From the sequence record DRR378314_231: a stretch of 48,072 bases of DNA; one strand, 5' to 3'. A model generated the notes under the pieces. The model worked only from the letters and a program-made list of their open reading frames with translations. It had not been told where the DNA came from and did no database searches. The translations under genes were made by a program, and so were the position numbers. Position 1 is the stretch's first letter; every line of letters begins with the position of its first letter. Shown here piece by piece: positions 27,365 to 38,943 of the stretch.

Positions 27365-29932
27365 ATGGCGACCCGTTACGATCCGCAAATTGCGGAACAG
27401 AAATGGCGTGCAGCCTGGGACAAGGCCGCGCTATTCACCGCGAAATCTCCAGCCGAAGCTGGCGATGCACCGAAGGCATACGTGCTGGAGATGTTCCCGT
27501 ATCCGTCGGGTCGCCTTCATATGGGTCATGTGCGCAACTACGCGATGGGCGATGTTGTTGCGCGTCACAAGCGCGCCAAAGGCTATAACGTCCTGCACCC
27601 AATGGGATGGGACGCCTTCGGCATGCCGGCAGAGAACGCCGCAATGGAGCGGAACGTCCATCCGGGCGAATGGACCTATCAGAATATCGCCGCCATGAAG
27701 GCCCAGTTCATGAAGCTCGGCCTGTCGCTGGACTGGAGCCGTGAGTTTGCAACGTGCGATCCTGAATATTACGGCGCACAGCAGGGACTATTCCTGAAAT
27801 TCCTGGAAAAGGGCCTCGTCTATCGCAAGGCCTCCAAAGTGAATTGGGACCCTGTCGACAATACTGTGCTGGCCAATGAGCAGGTGATTGACGGCCGTGG
27901 CTGGCGCTCTGGTGCATTGGTCGAGCAGCGTGAACTGACACAATGGTTCTTCCGCATCACCGACTATGCAGAAGACCTGCTGGAAGAAGTGAAAAAACTG
28001 GAACGTTGGCCTGAGAAAGTACGCACGATGCAGGCGAACTGGATCGGCCGGTCGGAAGGCCTGCAGATGCGGTTCGAGTTCGACTCGGCAGCACCAGCCG
28101 GCTTCGATCACGGCATCGAAATCTTCACGACCCGTCCTGATACGCTGTTCGGCGCAAGCTTTATCGCCTTGTCGCCAGATCACCCACTGACGATTCAATT
28201 GGCTGATAAATCCGACGAGCTGAAGGCTTTCCGTGCAAAATGCGCCCAGATCGGAACGAGCGAAGAAGCTATCGAGAAAGCCGAGAAGCTCGGCTTCGAC
28301 ACCGGTCTGACCGTTAAACATCCATTTGATGACACGAAGACATTACCCGTTTGGATCGCGAACTTTGTACTGATGGGCTACGGCACTGGCGCGATTTTTG
28401 GCTGCCCGGCGCATGACCAGCGCGACATTGATTTTGCCCGGAAGTATGATCTCAACGTCACCCCAGTCGTTCTGCCTCCAGACGCCGATCCGGTCGAGTT
28501 CGATGTCGAAAGTGAAGCCTATACCGGGCCCGGCAGTATCTTCAATTCAGGCTTCCTTGATGGTTTGTCGATCGAAGACGCAAAGCGCGCGGCAATAGAG
28601 AAAATCGAAGCGATGGGCCTCGGCGAAGGGACGGTAAATTACCGCCTGCGCGACTGGGGCGTGTCGCGTCAACGCTATTGGGGCTGTCCAATTCCAGTGG
28701 TGCATTGCGACAGCTGCGGCGTCGTGCCGGTGCCTGAAGCTGATCTGCCCGTGAAGCTTCCGGATGAAGTGTCATTCGACCAGCCCGGCAATCCGCTGGA
28801 GCGGCACCCAACCTGGAAACATATTGACTGTCCGAATTGCGGCAAGGCCGCACGGCGAGAGACCGACACGCTGGACACGTTTGTCGACAGTTCCTGGTAC
28901 TATTCCCGCTTCGCCAGCACAAATGATCTGGAAGAGCGCGCCTACTGGATGCCGGTGGACCAGTATGTCGGCGGTGTCGAGCATGCGGTGCTTCACCTGC
29001 TCTATGCCCGATTCATTGCCCGTGCGATGCGCGATGTAGGCTTGCTTGACTTGCCGAACGGCGAACCCTTCGCCGGCCTCTTCACACAAGGCATGGTCAC
29101 GCACGAAACCTACAAGTCTTCAGCTGGCAAATGGCTACAGCCGTCTGAAGTCACGCGCGATGGCGATACCTGGATTGAAACAGCAACGGGAGCGGTTGCT
29201 ACGGCTGGGCCAATCGAGAAGATGTCCAAGTCGAAGAAGAACACGGTCGATCCGGATGCCATTATCGGCCAGTTCGGCGCGGACGTAGCGCGATGGTTCG
29301 TGCTGTCTGACTCTCCGCCTGAACGTGACGTCGAATGGACACAATCCGGGGTCGAAGGCGCAGCTCGATTCGCGCAGCGTTTCTGGAGTGTCTTTGACGG
29401 TTTGCCAGTAAACACTGAAATTGCACCCGGTGACGATGCTGAATCGACAGGCCTCCGCAAGACGAGCCACAAAGCCGTAGCGGCAATCGACAAGGCCATC
29501 GAAGAGTTCCGCTTCAACTCTGCCGTCGCAACGATTCATGAATGGGTCAGCGCATTGAAGAAGGCCGAGTCAGCGGGTGATACTGTGCTCGGCGCGCGGG
29601 TTGAAGGGGCATCCATGTTGGCACGGTGTGTGACACCATTCATGCCTCATCTGGCTGAAGCCTGTTGGGAACGGCTTGGACAACCGGCATTCGTGTCTTC
29701 GGCGCCGTGGCCCGTCGCAGATTCTGCACTGCTTGTTGATGATGAAGTGACAATGGCGGTGCAAGTCAACGGCAAGCGCCGTGGCGAAATCACTGTCCCG
29801 AAGAGCATGGAAAAATCAGATATCGAAGCCACCGCATCCGCTCTTCCGGAAGTGGTTAATTTCATAGAAGGCAAGTCCGTGAAGAAAATCATTGTTGTGC
29901 CCGGGCGCATCGTGAATATCGTAGCCGCATGA
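27365..29932 (+). CDS. leuS: Leucine--tRNA ligase
   Basis: MFPYPSG.LHMGH (HIGH), [10 protein letters not shown] editing domain, [14 protein letters not shown]. Confidence 0.98.
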   Translation: MATRYDPQIAEQKWRAAWDKAALFTAKSPAEAGDAPKAYVLEMFPYPSGRLHMGHVRNYAMGDVVARHKRAKGYNVLHPMGWDAFGMPAENAAMERNVHPGEWTYQNIAAMKAQFMKLGLSLDWSREFATCDPEYYGAQQGLFLKFLEKGLVYRKASKVNWDPVDNTVLANEQVIDGRGWRSGALVEQRELTQWFFRITDYAEDLLEEVKKLERWPEKVRTMQANWIGRSEGLQMRFEFDSAAPAGFDHGIEIFTTRPDTLFGASFIALSPDHPLTIQLADKSDELKAFRAKCAQIGTSEEAIEKAEKLGFDTGLTVKHPFDDTKTLPVWIANFVLMGYGTGAIFGCPAHDQRDIDFARKYDLNVTPVVLPPDADPVEFDVESEAYTGPGSIFNSGFLDGLSIEDAKRAAIEKIEAMGLGEGTVNYRLRDWGVSRQRYWGCPIPVVHCDSCGVVPVPEADLPVKLPDEVSFDQPGNPLERHPTWKHIDCPNCGKAARRETDTLDTFVDSSWYYSRFASTNDLEERAYWMPVDQYVGGVEHAVLHLLYARFIARAMRDVGLLDLPNGEPFAGLFTQGMVTHETYKSSAGKWLQPSEVTRDGDTWIETATGAVATAGPIEKMSKSKKNTVDPDAIIGQFGADVARWFVLSDSPPERDVEWTQSGVEGAARFAQRFWSVFDGLPVNTEIAPGDDAESTGLRKTSHKAVAAIDKAIEEFRFNSAVATIHEWVSALKKAESAGDTVLGARVEGASMLARCVTPFMPHLAEACWERLGQPAFVSSAPWPVADSALLVDDEVTMAVQVNGKRRGEITVPKSMEKSDIEATASALPEVVNFIEGKSVKKIIVVPGRIVNIVAA

Positions 29933-30399
29933 GACATTTGATTGCCATCGCTGCCCTAAGCCTGATCGCAGCCTGCGGTTTCCAGCCAGTCTATTCCAGC
30001 GGCTTTAATGAAGGCCGAGCAGGAAATATTACGGTCGAAAAAATTGATGGTCGCGCAGGATACGAGCTCCGCAGAACGCTGCTTCAGGAATTAGCGATTG
30101 GTCTTCCGAATGTATCTGAGCCTGCCACACTTTCTGTGAAACTCTCGGAGAGTCTGTCGCGCCTCACCTTCGAGACGGATGGAGCGGCGACCCGGTCCAG
30201 TATTGTGTCGAGTGGGTCATATGTCTTGAACTATGGTGGCAAGCGTCTTTCGGGACGACAAGAAGCTGAGATCAGCTTTTCTGTTCCTGATAGCCCATAT
30301 GGCGATATTGCCAACCAAACTGGAGCAAGCACGCGAGCGGCGCGCCAACTTGGTAAGAAGATCGCGGATGATATCCGGCTGAAACTGTCGGCCGACTGA
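29929..30399 (+). CDS. lptE: LPS assembly lipoprotein LptE
   Basis: Lipobox [10 protein letters not shown]; conserved position between leuS and holA. Confidence 0.8.
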   Translation: MRHLIAIAALSLIAACGFQPVYSSGFNEGRAGNITVEKIDGRAGYELRRTLLQELAIGLPNVSEPATLSVKLSESLSRLTFETDGAATRSSIVSSGSYVLNYGGKRLSGRQEAEISFSVPDSPYGDIANQTGASTRAARQLGKKIADDIRLKLSAD

Positions 30400-31433
30400 T
30401 GTTATTAAAGGGCAAACAGGCCGCTGATTTTGCCCGCAAGCCCAAACCGTCGGTCTGGGCGGTTCTCGCATTCGGCGAGGATCCGGGGCTTTCATCAGAC
30501 GCGGCCCACGCCCTGATCAAAGCCTGGACGCCCAAGGGCGCGACGATGGATGTCACCATACTGGATGATGATTCCATCAAGAAAGATCCCTCTCTCCTGT
30601 TTGATGGTCTTGAAGCCGTTTCCCTGCTGGGCGATCCGCGCGTCATTCGAGTGCGTACCAGCGGCGACAAGATTGCTGCTCTTCTTATAGAGGCAATTCA
30701 GAAAGGCGATTCTCAGGAAGAATACTATTCAGCCCGCCTGATCATCGAAGCCGGGGGCCTTCAAAAACGCTCGAAGCTGCGCGCGGCCGCCGAGTCCGCC
30801 CAGTCGACCACCTGTCTTCAGCTGTTTGCAGATGATGCCGGCGACATTGAACAACGCGTGAAGTCTGTCCTGAAGGCGGAAGGCGTCGAGATCATTCCGG
30901 AAGCGCTCGCACTCTTTGTAGGCGACCTGCCAGGTCACCGAAATCTTGCAAACTCCGAAATAGAAAAACTCGCACTCTATGCTCGTGGACTGGGCCGCCC
31001 ACTTGATTTGAACGACGTCCGGGCGTTGTCCGCCACAGATGTCGATCACAATCTTTCAGCTGCCATTCGCGCAGCGCTCGATGGAAAGCCCGCACTGGTT
31101 CACTCCACACTTGATCGCCTGGCAGTTGCGGGAACGAGTGGAATTTCGATTCTGCGCTCCCTCCAGTTTGAAACTATGCGAATGCTGGATGCCCAGTCCA
31201 GGATGGCTTCCGGGCAATCCAATCCCGGTATGAAATTACGGCCACCGGTCTGGCAAAGTGAATGGGGCATGTTCAGTGCACGACTCAGGAAATGGCCAAC
31301 CAAGCGCCTGATGCGTGTCATGGAACGCATCTATGAGGCAGAGCAACAGGCAAAGTCCGGATCAGGTAGTGCAGATCCCGTGATACGTGTACTGATGAAT
31401 GAGATCGCCCGAGCTGCAGAACTCGCCAGCTAG
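30399..31433 (+). CDS. holA: DNA polymerase III subunit delta
   Basis: LAFGEDPGL, SLLGD.RVIRV, EAGGL.K.SKLR, SEIEKLALY; leuS-lptE-holA synteny. Confidence 0.88.
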   Translation: MLLKGKQAADFARKPKPSVWAVLAFGEDPGLSSDAAHALIKAWTPKGATMDVTILDDDSIKKDPSLLFDGLEAVSLLGDPRVIRVRTSGDKIAALLIEAIQKGDSQEEYYSARLIIEAGGLQKRSKLRAAAESAQSTTCLQLFADDAGDIEQRVKSVLKAEGVEIIPEALALFVGDLPGHRNLANSEIEKLALYARGLGRPLDLNDVRALSATDVDHNLSAAIRAALDGKPALVHSTLDRLAVAGTSGISILRSLQFETMRMLDAQSRMASGQSNPGMKLRPPVWQSEWGMFSARLRKWPTKRLMRVMERIYEAEQQAKSGSGSADPVIRVLMNEIARAAELAS

Positions 31434-31437
31434 AAGA

Positions 31438-32355
31438 TCAAAGCTTGTTCCGCTTGGCCGTGAGACGGCGACATACATCATCCAGCTGTTCAAGATCGCG
31501 GTACTTGATCCGCAATTCACCGCCATTCTTTCCGTGCCGGATATCCACATCAAGCCCAATGGACCGTGACAGATCCGCTTCAAGCGCCTCGGTGTCGACG
31601 TCTTTCTCATCAGGCTTCGGTCGTGCAGATTTCGTTTCAATCGGCGTATCTTCACGCGCAGCTTTGGCATGAGCCTCCACTTCGCGGACCGTCAGGCCCT
31701 TCTCTACTGCCATCTCTACAAGTGCTTCGGGATCCGGCGCACCAAGAGCCGCACGTGCATGCCCCGCAGTTATGTGGCCAGCTCTCACATGCTCTCGTGC
31801 AGCTTCCGGCAGCTGAAGCAAGCGTAGCGTATTGGTAATGTGTACCCGGCTTTTTCCCACACTCGTTGCCAAACTGTCCTGAGTGCGACCAAAGCGCTGC
31901 ATCAGCGCATCATAGGCTTCGGCTTCTTCAATCGGGTTCAGGTCCGCCCTCTGGACGTTCTCGATAATCCCAATTTCCAGCAGCTCGAGCTCGTCGGTAT
32001 CGCGCACGACGGCGGGAATACTGGTCAGACCGGCGAGCTTGGCGGCGCGCCAGCGGCGCTCACCCGCAATGATCTGGTAGTCATTCTTCTGCTTCGGATC
32101 GGGGCGCACCAAGATTGGCTGAAGCACGCCTTTCGTCTTCAGTGACTCTGCAAGTTCTTGCAGAGCTGTTTCGTCGAACGTCCGCCGCGGTTGCTTGGGA
32201 TTCCGTCGAATTCGATCAATCGCAATCTCTGATGCGCCCTTTGCGCCACCCTCTTCCGATTTGGAATCGGGAGGCGATACCGCTTCGACTTCTCCAATCA
32301 AGGCAGACAGGCCGCGTCCAAGGCGGGAGGGTTTTGTCTTTCCGTCTTCGCTCAT
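31438..32355 (-). CDS. parB: Chromosome partitioning protein ParB
   Basis: RLGRGLSALIG, QPRRTF, GVLQPILVR, IAGERRWRAA (CTP-binding arginine patch), IENVQRADLNPIEEA, HTH. Confidence 0.97.
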   Translation of the reverse strand: MSEDGKTKPSRLGRGLSALIGEVEAVSPPDSKSEEGGAKGASEIAIDRIRRNPKQPRRTFDETALQELAESLKTKGVLQPILVRPDPKQKNDYQIIAGERRWRAAKLAGLTSIPAVVRDTDELELLEIGIIENVQRADLNPIEEAEAYDALMQRFGRTQDSLATSVGKSRVHITNTLRLLQLPEAAREHVRAGHITAGHARAALGAPDPEALVEMAVEKGLTVREVEAHAKAAREDTPIETKSARPKPDEKDVDTEALEADLSRSIGLDVDIRHGKNGGELRIKYRDLEQLDDVCRRLTAKRNKL

Positions 32356-32360
32356 TGGAA

Positions 32361-33173
32361 TCAGGCCGCGCGCGCTTTTTCACGTTGAAGAACTTCCGAT
32401 GCGAGGCGGATATAGGCCTCACTTCCCGGACAACGATAATCGTATAGAAGCGCCGGCTTTCCAAATGACGGCGCCTCGGACAAACGCACATTCCGAGGAA
32501 TGACCGTGTTATAGACCTTGGCACCAAAGAATGCCCGCACCTCGTCAGCCACCTGATCCGACAGATTGTTCCGGCGATCATACATGGTCAGGACAACACC
32601 CTGGATTTCCAGATTCGGATTCAGGCCAGATCGGATAACTTCGACGGTGCGCAACAATTGGCTGAGACCCTCAAGCGCCAGAAACTCACACTGCAATGGT
32701 ACAAGCAGCGCGTCAGCTGCGGTCATCGCGTTCATGGTCAGGGACGACAATGATGGTGGGCAATCAATCAGAATATAGTCGTATTCAACGAGTTCGCCCT
32801 GTTCTGCGCGAGCGATATATTGGTGAAGCGCATCACGCAATTTGTACGACCGGCGGGAATCGTTCGCGAGTTCGGTTTCAACACCGGACAGATTTTCATC
32901 CCCGGGAACGATGTCAAGGCGCGGCACGATGGTTGAGAGAACAGCATCCTCCAACGGAATCTGATCAACGACGATATCATAGGATGTCTGGTGACGATCC
33001 TGACGCTCGATACCAAGTCCCGTGGACGCATTACCCTGAGCGTCGAAGTCGACAATCAGGACACGGCGTCCGACGGCGGCCAATGCGGTACCGAGATTGA
33101 TAGAGGTCGTGGTCTTACCGACCCCGCCTTTTTGGTTCACAACAGCAAATATTCTGGGTTTACCGCCTGCCAC
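32361..33173 (-). CDS. parA: Chromosome partitioning ATPase ParA
   Basis: NQKGGVGKTT deviant Walker A, DCPPSL, PLQCEFLALEGL, IPRNVRLSEAPSFG. Confidence 0.97.
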   Translation of the reverse strand: MAGGKPRIFAVVNQKGGVGKTTTSINLGTALAAVGRRVLIVDFDAQGNASTGLGIERQDRHQTSYDIVVDQIPLEDAVLSTIVPRLDIVPGDENLSGVETELANDSRRSYKLRDALHQYIARAEQGELVEYDYILIDCPPSLSSLTMNAMTAADALLVPLQCEFLALEGLSQLLRTVEVIRSGLNPNLEIQGVVLTMYDRRNNLSDQVADEVRAFFGAKVYNTVIPRNVRLSEAPSFGKPALLYDYRCPGSEAYIRLASEVLQREKARAA

Positions 33174-33783
33174 GTTCGAGCTCCCTCACGATCAAGATGA
33201 CGCCTGACCCACCAGTGCGACTTGGAATCGCCTCATACGCGAAGTTCCAACTTTGCTGGGCGTCCGTCAATTCTTCTTTCCAGCGTTCGCCTTTTAGAAA
33301 AACCCCTGTGGCGCCGTTTTCCATCCAGGGCGACGCGTATTCCAGAAGTTTTGGCATCGGTGCGAACGCTCGCGCCGTCACAATTTCTGCATCGGAATTT
33401 GGTGCCGCCTCTATTCGACCCTGATAAACGGCGGCATTCAGACTTGCTTCAGTAATCGCAGCGCGTAGAAACGCGCACTTTTTTCCAACGCTCTCCATCA
33501 TCGTCACGTGCCCATTTGGACGGGCTGCGGAAACAATAAGTCCCGGAAACCCGGCGCCAGATCCCAGATCCACACAATTTGCCGCCTCGGGAATGTATGG
33601 AAGGATTTGAAAGGAATCGGCCACGTGGCGCGTCCAGATCTGCGGCCATTCACGCGGTCCGATCAAGTTTGACCGTTTGCGCCAAGCGTCCAGGGTTAAG
33701 ATTATATCGTCCAATCTTTCCAATGTTTCACGTGAAACATCGAATTCGGCGTGAAACGCCGCGCGGTCGTCAGAATTCGTCAT
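33160..33783 (-). CDS. rsmG: 16S rRNA (guanine(527)-N7)-methyltransferase
   Basis: RHVADS, DLGSGAGFPG, KKCAFL, VTARAFA and FLKG motifs. Confidence 0.95.
   Translation of the reverse strand: MTNSDDRAAFHAEFDVSRETLERLDDIILTLDAWRKRSNLIGPREWPQIWTRHVADSFQILPYIPEAANCVDLGSGAGFPGLIVSAARPNGHVTMMESVGKKCAFLRAAITEASLNAAVYQGRIEAAPNSDAEIVTARAFAPMPKLLEYASPWMENGATGVFLKGERWKEELTDAQQSWNFAYEAIPSRTGGSGVILIVRELERGRR
33724..33739. promoter_or_regulatory. parS centromere site (perfect palindrome) inside rsmG
   Basis: TGTTTCACGTGAAACA. Confidence 0.93.
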
Positions 33784-33788
33784 GAATG

Positions 33789-35654
33789 TTAACCGGCTTT
33801 CTTCCGACGCTTAACAAATCCAAGCAACGCGGTCAGTGCGCCCGGTGTAACACCTTCGATACGTCCGGCTTGACCAAGAGTCGTTGGACGAACGGCTTCG
33901 AGCTTTTGGCGAACCTCGTTTGAGAGCCCTCCGACCTTGGAATAATCCAAATCCATCGGGATGGTCAGATCCTCATCCCGACGAAGCGCAGCCACATCCT
34001 CGGCTTGTCGTTCGAGATAAGAAGAGTACAACGCTTCAATCTCAATCTGGGTTGCGATCTCATCGTCCAGATCGGCAAGTTCCGGCCAAACCGCCGACAG
34101 CGCGGTTAAATCAATATCCTTATAGGAGAGATACTCCCAAGCCGTGCGGACGCGTCCATCTTGATTGACGGCCCAACCGGCTTGCGCCGCTTTAGCCGGT
34201 GACAAGGTCAGGGCATTCAACTGATCCCGGATCTTTTGAAGCGCGGAGTGTTTCACGTGAAACACGTCTGCCCGGTGAGACCCGACACATCCGGCGGCAA
34301 TACCCTTCTCGGTAAGCCTCTGGTCGGCATTGTCTGCTCGCAGTGCCAAACGGTACTCCGCCCGCGACGTGAACATTCGGTAGGGCTCCGTCACCCCGCG
34401 CGTGACGAGATCATCGATCAGAACGCCGATATAGGCTTCCGCCCGATCAAAAATGATTGGCTCCTGGCTGGAAGAGGCGCGTGCCGCATTCAGACCGGCA
34501 ACCAGTCCTTGAGCGCCGGCCTCTTCGTAACCGGTCGTGCCATTGATCTGGCCTGCCAGATACAGACCCGGAAGAGCCTGTACTTCCAACGAGGACGACA
34601 AAGCGCGGGGGTCGACGTAGTCATATTCGATCGCATAGGCGTACTGCAGGATCTCCGCGTCCTCCAATCCAGGAATTGTGCGCAGAAAGCGCTCCTGGAT
34701 TTCCTCCGGAAGCGATGTCGAAATGCCATTTGGGTAGACAGTATGATCGTCTAGTCCCTCTGGTTCTAGAAAAATCTGGTGGCGATCCTTGTCTGCGAAC
34801 CGGTGAACCTTGTCTTCAATCGACGGACAATATCTCGGGCCGCGCCCTGCGATCGCGCCAGAATAAACGGCGGACTGGTCAATATTCTCCGCGATAATTG
34901 CGTGGGTCTCCGGCGTCGTCCATGTGATGCCGCACTGGACCTGAGGCACAGTAATTTCGTCTGTAAGATATGAAAACGGTATTGGCTCCGCGTCTGCAGG
35001 CTGCATCTCCAGCCGGTCCCACGCGATGGTCCGACCATCGAGGCGGGCAGGCGTTCCCGTTTTCAAACGGCCCATCGGCAAACCCATACCGTATAGCCGG
35101 TCTGACAATCTAATCGCCGGCGCTTCACCAACCCGTCCGGCGGGAATCCGCTTTTCCCCAATATGGATCATACCTTTCAAGAAGGTGCCGGTTGTAATCA
35201 CGACCGAAGCGGCGCGATACGCGTCGCCATTCAATCCGATCACGCCAGCGACATGATTATCTTCAACAATCAGATCCTCGGCCCCATCCTCAATGATTGT
35301 CAGGTTGGGATAGTCTGACAATTCATCCTGCATGGCTTCACGATAGAGCTTGCGATCAATCTGGGACCGCGGGCCCCAGACCGCCGGGCCTTTCGAACGG
35401 TTCAGCATGCGAAACTGAATGCCCGCCTTGTCAGCCAGGCGCCCCATCAAACCGTCGAGTGCGTCGATTTCGCGAACCAGATGGCCTTTTCCGAGCCCAC
35501 CAATGGCCGGATTACAACTCATTTCGCCGATCGTCGCGCGCTTGTGAGTGACAAGCGCGGTTTGCGCACCCGTCCGCGCCGCGGCAGCTGCAGCCTCACA
35601 GCCAGCATGACCGCCGCCGACAACGATTACATCAAATTGGTTTGTGTCGCTCAT
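33789..35654 (-). CDS. mnmG: tRNA uridine-5-carboxymethylaminomethyl modification enzyme GidA
   Basis: [50 protein letters not shown] and [12 protein letters not shown] motifs. Confidence 0.98.
   Translation of the reverse strand: MSDTNQFDVIVVGGGHAGCEAAAAAARTGAQTALVTHKRATIGEMSCNPAIGGLGKGHLVREIDALDGLMGRLADKAGIQFRMLNRSKGPAVWGPRSQIDRKLYREAMQDELSDYPNLTIIEDGAEDLIVEDNHVAGVIGLNGDAYRAASVVITTGTFLKGMIHIGEKRIPAGRVGEAPAIRLSDRLYGMGLPMGRLKTGTPARLDGRTIAWDRLEMQPADAEPIPFSYLTDEITVPQVQCGITWTTPETHAIIAENIDQSAVYSGAIAGRGPRYCPSIEDKVHRFADKDRHQIFLEPEGLDDHTVYPNGISTSLPEEIQERFLRTIPGLEDAEILQYAYAIEYDYVDPRALSSSLEVQALPGLYLAGQINGTTGYEEAGAQGLVAGLNAARASSSQEPIIFDRAEAYIGVLIDDLVTRGVTEPYRMFTSRAEYRLALRADNADQRLTEKGIAAGCVGSHRADVFHVKHSALQKIRDQLNALTLSPAKAAQAGWAVNQDGRVRTAWEYLSYKDIDLTALSAVWPELADLDDEIATQIEIEALYSSYLERQAEDVAALRRDEDLTIPMDLDYSKVGGLSNEVRQKLEAVRPTTLGQAGRIEGVTPGALTALLGFVKRRKKAG
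34249..34264. promoter_or_regulatory. parS centromere site (perfect palindrome) inside mnmG
   Basis: TGTTTCACGTGAAACA. Confidence 0.93.
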
Positions 35655-35722
35655 GGCGCTACTTCAGATCCGGAGTTTCAGAAAGCCGCTATATAGCGGT
35701 TTGAGCCCCAAAACCCTAGGGG

Positions 35723-37057
35723 TCATTTGCCGATGCAGAATTCAGAGAACACGGCACCCAGCACATCCTCCACGCCGACTGCGCCAACCACAGCGCCCAG
35801 ATGCCGGATCGCCATTCGAACATCTTCAGCCGCCAATTCGGGACCGGTACCCAGCTCAAGTGCATCGCGCGCAGCTATCAGACAGGAGAGGCCATCAACC
35901 AAACGCACTCGATGACGAGCTCGTGTAATCACAGGCGCTTCGACCGATGAAGCCTTACCTGATATGAATTCAGACAAAGCCGTTTCCAGCGCCGGAACGC
36001 CTTCGCCCTGTTTAGCAGAGATCTTGTAATCATACGCAGGAAGGTTTGCCGCCATATCGCTGTCGGCCTTGTTTACCACAACTATATCGGTGGGCAGGCG
36101 GTAAGGGGAGGTCAGGACACTCAGGTCGGGCGCGCTCCCATCAACCATGAAGACGCGCAAATCTGCCTCTGATGCTACCCGCTCCGCACGGCGAACGCCC
36201 TCGGCTTCGATCTCATCATCAGTTTCCCGAAGTCCAGCCGTATCGGAAATCCAGACCACTTGGCCACCCATGACACGACGAATTTCAATCACGTCTCGCG
36301 TGGTGCCAGGTCGCGACGTCACGATAGCTGCCTCACGACCTGCTAGACGATTGAGCAGCGTGGATTTGCCTGCATTGGGTGCCCCAATGATCGCGATACG
36401 AAAACCGTCGCGGATCTTCTCGCCAACACCCCGGTCGCCGAGTGCGGCTTCGATATCGCCAATCAAGTTATTAAGTTTGCGGAGAACTGGCGCCGTAGTT
36501 TCTTCTGGCGCATCGTCTTCATCAGGGAAATCAACAACAACTTCAATCAATGCAAGTATGCCGGTAAGTTCCGCACGCCAGCGGTCATAGTGTTCGGTCA
36601 AACCACCCGACAATTGCCGGAGAGCCTGAGCCTTCTGGGCGTCGGTCTCTGCCTCGATAATATCAGCAACGCCTTCAGCTTCAGTCAGATCGAGTTTGCC
36701 AGCTTCGAACGCACGGCGCGTGAACTCTCCGGGTTCAGCCAGACGAACACCGGGTTCACTTGTCAGTGTACTGATTGCATGGGAGATAACTGCGGGACCG
36801 CCATGAAGGTACAGTTCGAGCGTATCTTCACCAGTATATGATTGCGGTCCCGGCATGAAAACGACCAGGCCTTCATCGATCATGTTGCCGTCTTCATCGC
36901 GAAACCGGGTCAACGTTGCGCGACGAGGCTCGGGCAAGCCACAATCCAACAAGGCGCCTGCGATCTTCCAGATCCGGTCTCCGGATAGACGGATGATGCA
37001 GATCGCAGCGGGGGGCTGGCCCGAGGCGAGGGCGCAGATTGTATCGCGCTCGCTCAT
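35723..37057 (-). CDS. mnmE: tRNA modification GTPase TrmE
   Basis: SYTGED, AEPGEFTRRAF, GAPNAGKSTL, GTTRD, DTAG, NKAD and C-terminal FCIGK. Confidence 0.97.
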   Translation of the reverse strand: MSERDTICALASGQPPAAICIIRLSGDRIWKIAGALLDCGLPEPRRATLTRFRDEDGNMIDEGLVVFMPGPQSYTGEDTLELYLHGGPAVISHAISTLTSEPGVRLAEPGEFTRRAFEAGKLDLTEAEGVADIIEAETDAQKAQALRQLSGGLTEHYDRWRAELTGILALIEVVVDFPDEDDAPEETTAPVLRKLNNLIGDIEAALGDRGVGEKIRDGFRIAIIGAPNAGKSTLLNRLAGREAAIVTSRPGTTRDVIEIRRVMGGQVVWISDTAGLRETDDEIEAEGVRRAERVASEADLRVFMVDGSAPDLSVLTSPYRLPTDIVVVNKADSDMAANLPAYDYKISAKQGEGVPALETALSEFISGKASSVEAPVITRARHRVRLVDGLSCLIAARDALELGTGPELAAEDVRMAIRHLGAVVGAVGVEDVLGAVFSEFCIGK

Positions 37058-37072
37058 GGGCCAGGCGCTCCC

Positions 37073-38362
37073 TTAGTTTTTCATGGCTTCGAAGAACTCG
37101 GAATTGTTCTTCGTCTGGCGCAGCTTGTCGAGCAGGAAGTCAATCGCATCGTTCGTTCCCATTGGCCCGAGGATGCGGCGAAGAATGTAGATCTTCGACA
37201 ATTGGTCAGCTGGAGTGATCAATTCCTCTTTCCGCGTACCGGACTTCATGATGTCGATAGCAGGGAAGGTACGTTTGTCGGCAATCTTGCGGTCAAGCAC
37301 GACTTCAGAGTTACCCGTACCCTTGAATTCTTCGAAGATGACTTCATCCATGCGGCTACCGGTATCGATCAGTGCGGTCGCGACAATGGTCAACGATCCG
37401 CCATTTTCGACATTCCGCGCGGCACCGAAGAAACGTTTCGGACGCTGCAGGGCGTTTGCGTCGACACCACCGGTCAGGACCTTGCCAGAGGAAGGCACTG
37501 TTGTGTTGTAGGCACGACCGAGACGGGTGATTGAATCCAGAAGGATAACAACGTCCCGCTTGTGCTCAACGAGACGCTTGGCTTTCTCGATCACCATTTC
37601 AGCGACCTGAACGTGGCGAGTTGCCGGCTCGTCAAATGTTGACGCAACGACTTCGCCCTTCACCGTCCGGCGCATGTCGGTGACTTCTTCCGGGCGCTCA
37701 TCGATCAGAAGAACGATCAGATAGCATTCCGGATGATTTTCCTCGATGGCAGACGCGATGTTCTGCAGCAGCACCGTCTTACCCGTCCGTGGCGGCGCAA
37801 CGATCAAAGCGCGCTGGCCCTTACCAATTGGCGCAACAATATCGATGACGCGGCCGGAACGATCCTTGCGGGTCGGATCCTGGCTTTCCATGCGCAAGCG
37901 CTCTTCGGGATAGAGCGGTGTAAGGTTGTCGAAGTGGACCTTCTTGTTGGCCTTGTCCGGTTCCTCGAAATTGATGCGGGACACATCGGTCAGAGCGAAG
38001 TAGCGCTCATTATCTTGCGGCGCGACGATTGGGCCTTCCACCGTATCGCCGGTGCGAATGTTGCCCTTCTTCAGAACTTCGGGGCTGACATAAATATCGT
38101 CAGGTCCTGGCAGATAGTTGGATTCCGGCGAGCGCAGGAAACCGAAGCCATCAGTCAGAACTTCGAGCACGCCCTGGCCGGTGATTTCCACTTCACTGTC
38201 GGCAAGTTCCTTCAGGATGGCGAACAGCATGTCCTGCGTCCGCATGGACGAAGCGTTCTCGATTTCCAGCTCTTCTGCATAGGCAAGCAGTTCCTCGGGC
38301 GACTTCGCCTTGAGATCGCTGAGTTTCACGCTGGTGATGTCGTCGAGCATGGAAGATGCCAT
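37073..38362 (-). CDS. rho: Transcription termination factor Rho
   Basis: [43 protein letters not shown] and [10 protein letters not shown] motifs. Confidence 0.98.
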   Translation of the reverse strand: MASSMLDDITSVKLSDLKAKSPEELLAYAEELEIENASSMRTQDMLFAILKELADSEVEITGQGVLEVLTDGFGFLRSPESNYLPGPDDIYVSPEVLKKGNIRTGDTVEGPIVAPQDNERYFALTDVSRINFEEPDKANKKVHFDNLTPLYPEERLRMESQDPTRKDRSGRVIDIVAPIGKGQRALIVAPPRTGKTVLLQNIASAIEENHPECYLIVLLIDERPEEVTDMRRTVKGEVVASTFDEPATRHVQVAEMVIEKAKRLVEHKRDVVILLDSITRLGRAYNTTVPSSGKVLTGGVDANALQRPKRFFGAARNVENGGSLTIVATALIDTGSRMDEVIFEEFKGTGNSEVVLDRKIADKRTFPAIDIMKSGTRKEELITPADQLSKIYILRRILGPMGTNDAIDFLLDKLRQTKNNSEFFEAMKN

Positions 38363-38514
38363 GAGTGAATTCCGGATAAGGGGCCGCCGTCAGGTATTTC
38401 GAAGGCCGGATTTTGTCATTTGGGAGTTCTTCGCCTGCGCAAGGAGAGCGCCGCGGTTTCCGCGCATATGGGGCCAGAAGGCGCGAAACGTCAAGGGTTG
38501 CGGTGAATCCCGGC

Positions 38515-38943
38515 CTAGAACGGGCGGACAATCACCATGACGACAACACCGATCATCAAGATGAAAGGTACTTCGTTGAGCATGCGCAGCCGTCTCGCAG
38601 TAACTGTGGTGACACCACGATCTATCTTCTTGCCGATCCCAATATAATAGCCGTGCATTCCGGAGAGGATCAGGACGAGCAGCAATTTTACATGCATCCA
38701 CGGCTGACTGAGCAGGCCCTGGTTCATCACCAGCATGGTGATACCAAACACCCAGACGAGCACCAGGCTCGGGTTCAGAATAATCTTCCGCAGCTTGTTG
38801 GATGCATCCTTCATCGTCTCGAACAAGGGTTCTCCAGGCTGGCTTGAGAGCTGGTGGATTTTGTAGCGCGGGTAGATCAATAGCCCGCCCATGAGCGCGA
38901 TTACGAAAATCACGTGTAGAGCTTTTACCCAGAGATAAGCCAT
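38515..38943 (-). CDS. hemJ: Protoporphyrinogen oxidase HemJ (UPF0093/CopD-like)
   Basis: YLWVKALHVI, II.NP, WMHVKL, RMLNEVP, VIVRPF; translationally coupled to hemH (TGATG overlap). Confidence 0.85.
   Translation of the reverse strand: MAYLWVKALHVIFVIALMGGLLIYPRYKIHQLSSQPGEPLFETMKDASNKLRKIILNPSLVLVWVFGITMLVMNQGLLSQPWMHVKLLLVLILSGMHGYYIGIGKKIDRGVTTVTARRLRMLNEVPFILMIGVVVMVIVRPF

Noticed and set aside
32376-32391. Degenerate parS-like TTTTTCACGTTGAAGA at the 3' end of parA
   Set aside because: Only 12/16 match with a broken right arm; it cannot be supported without ChIP data.
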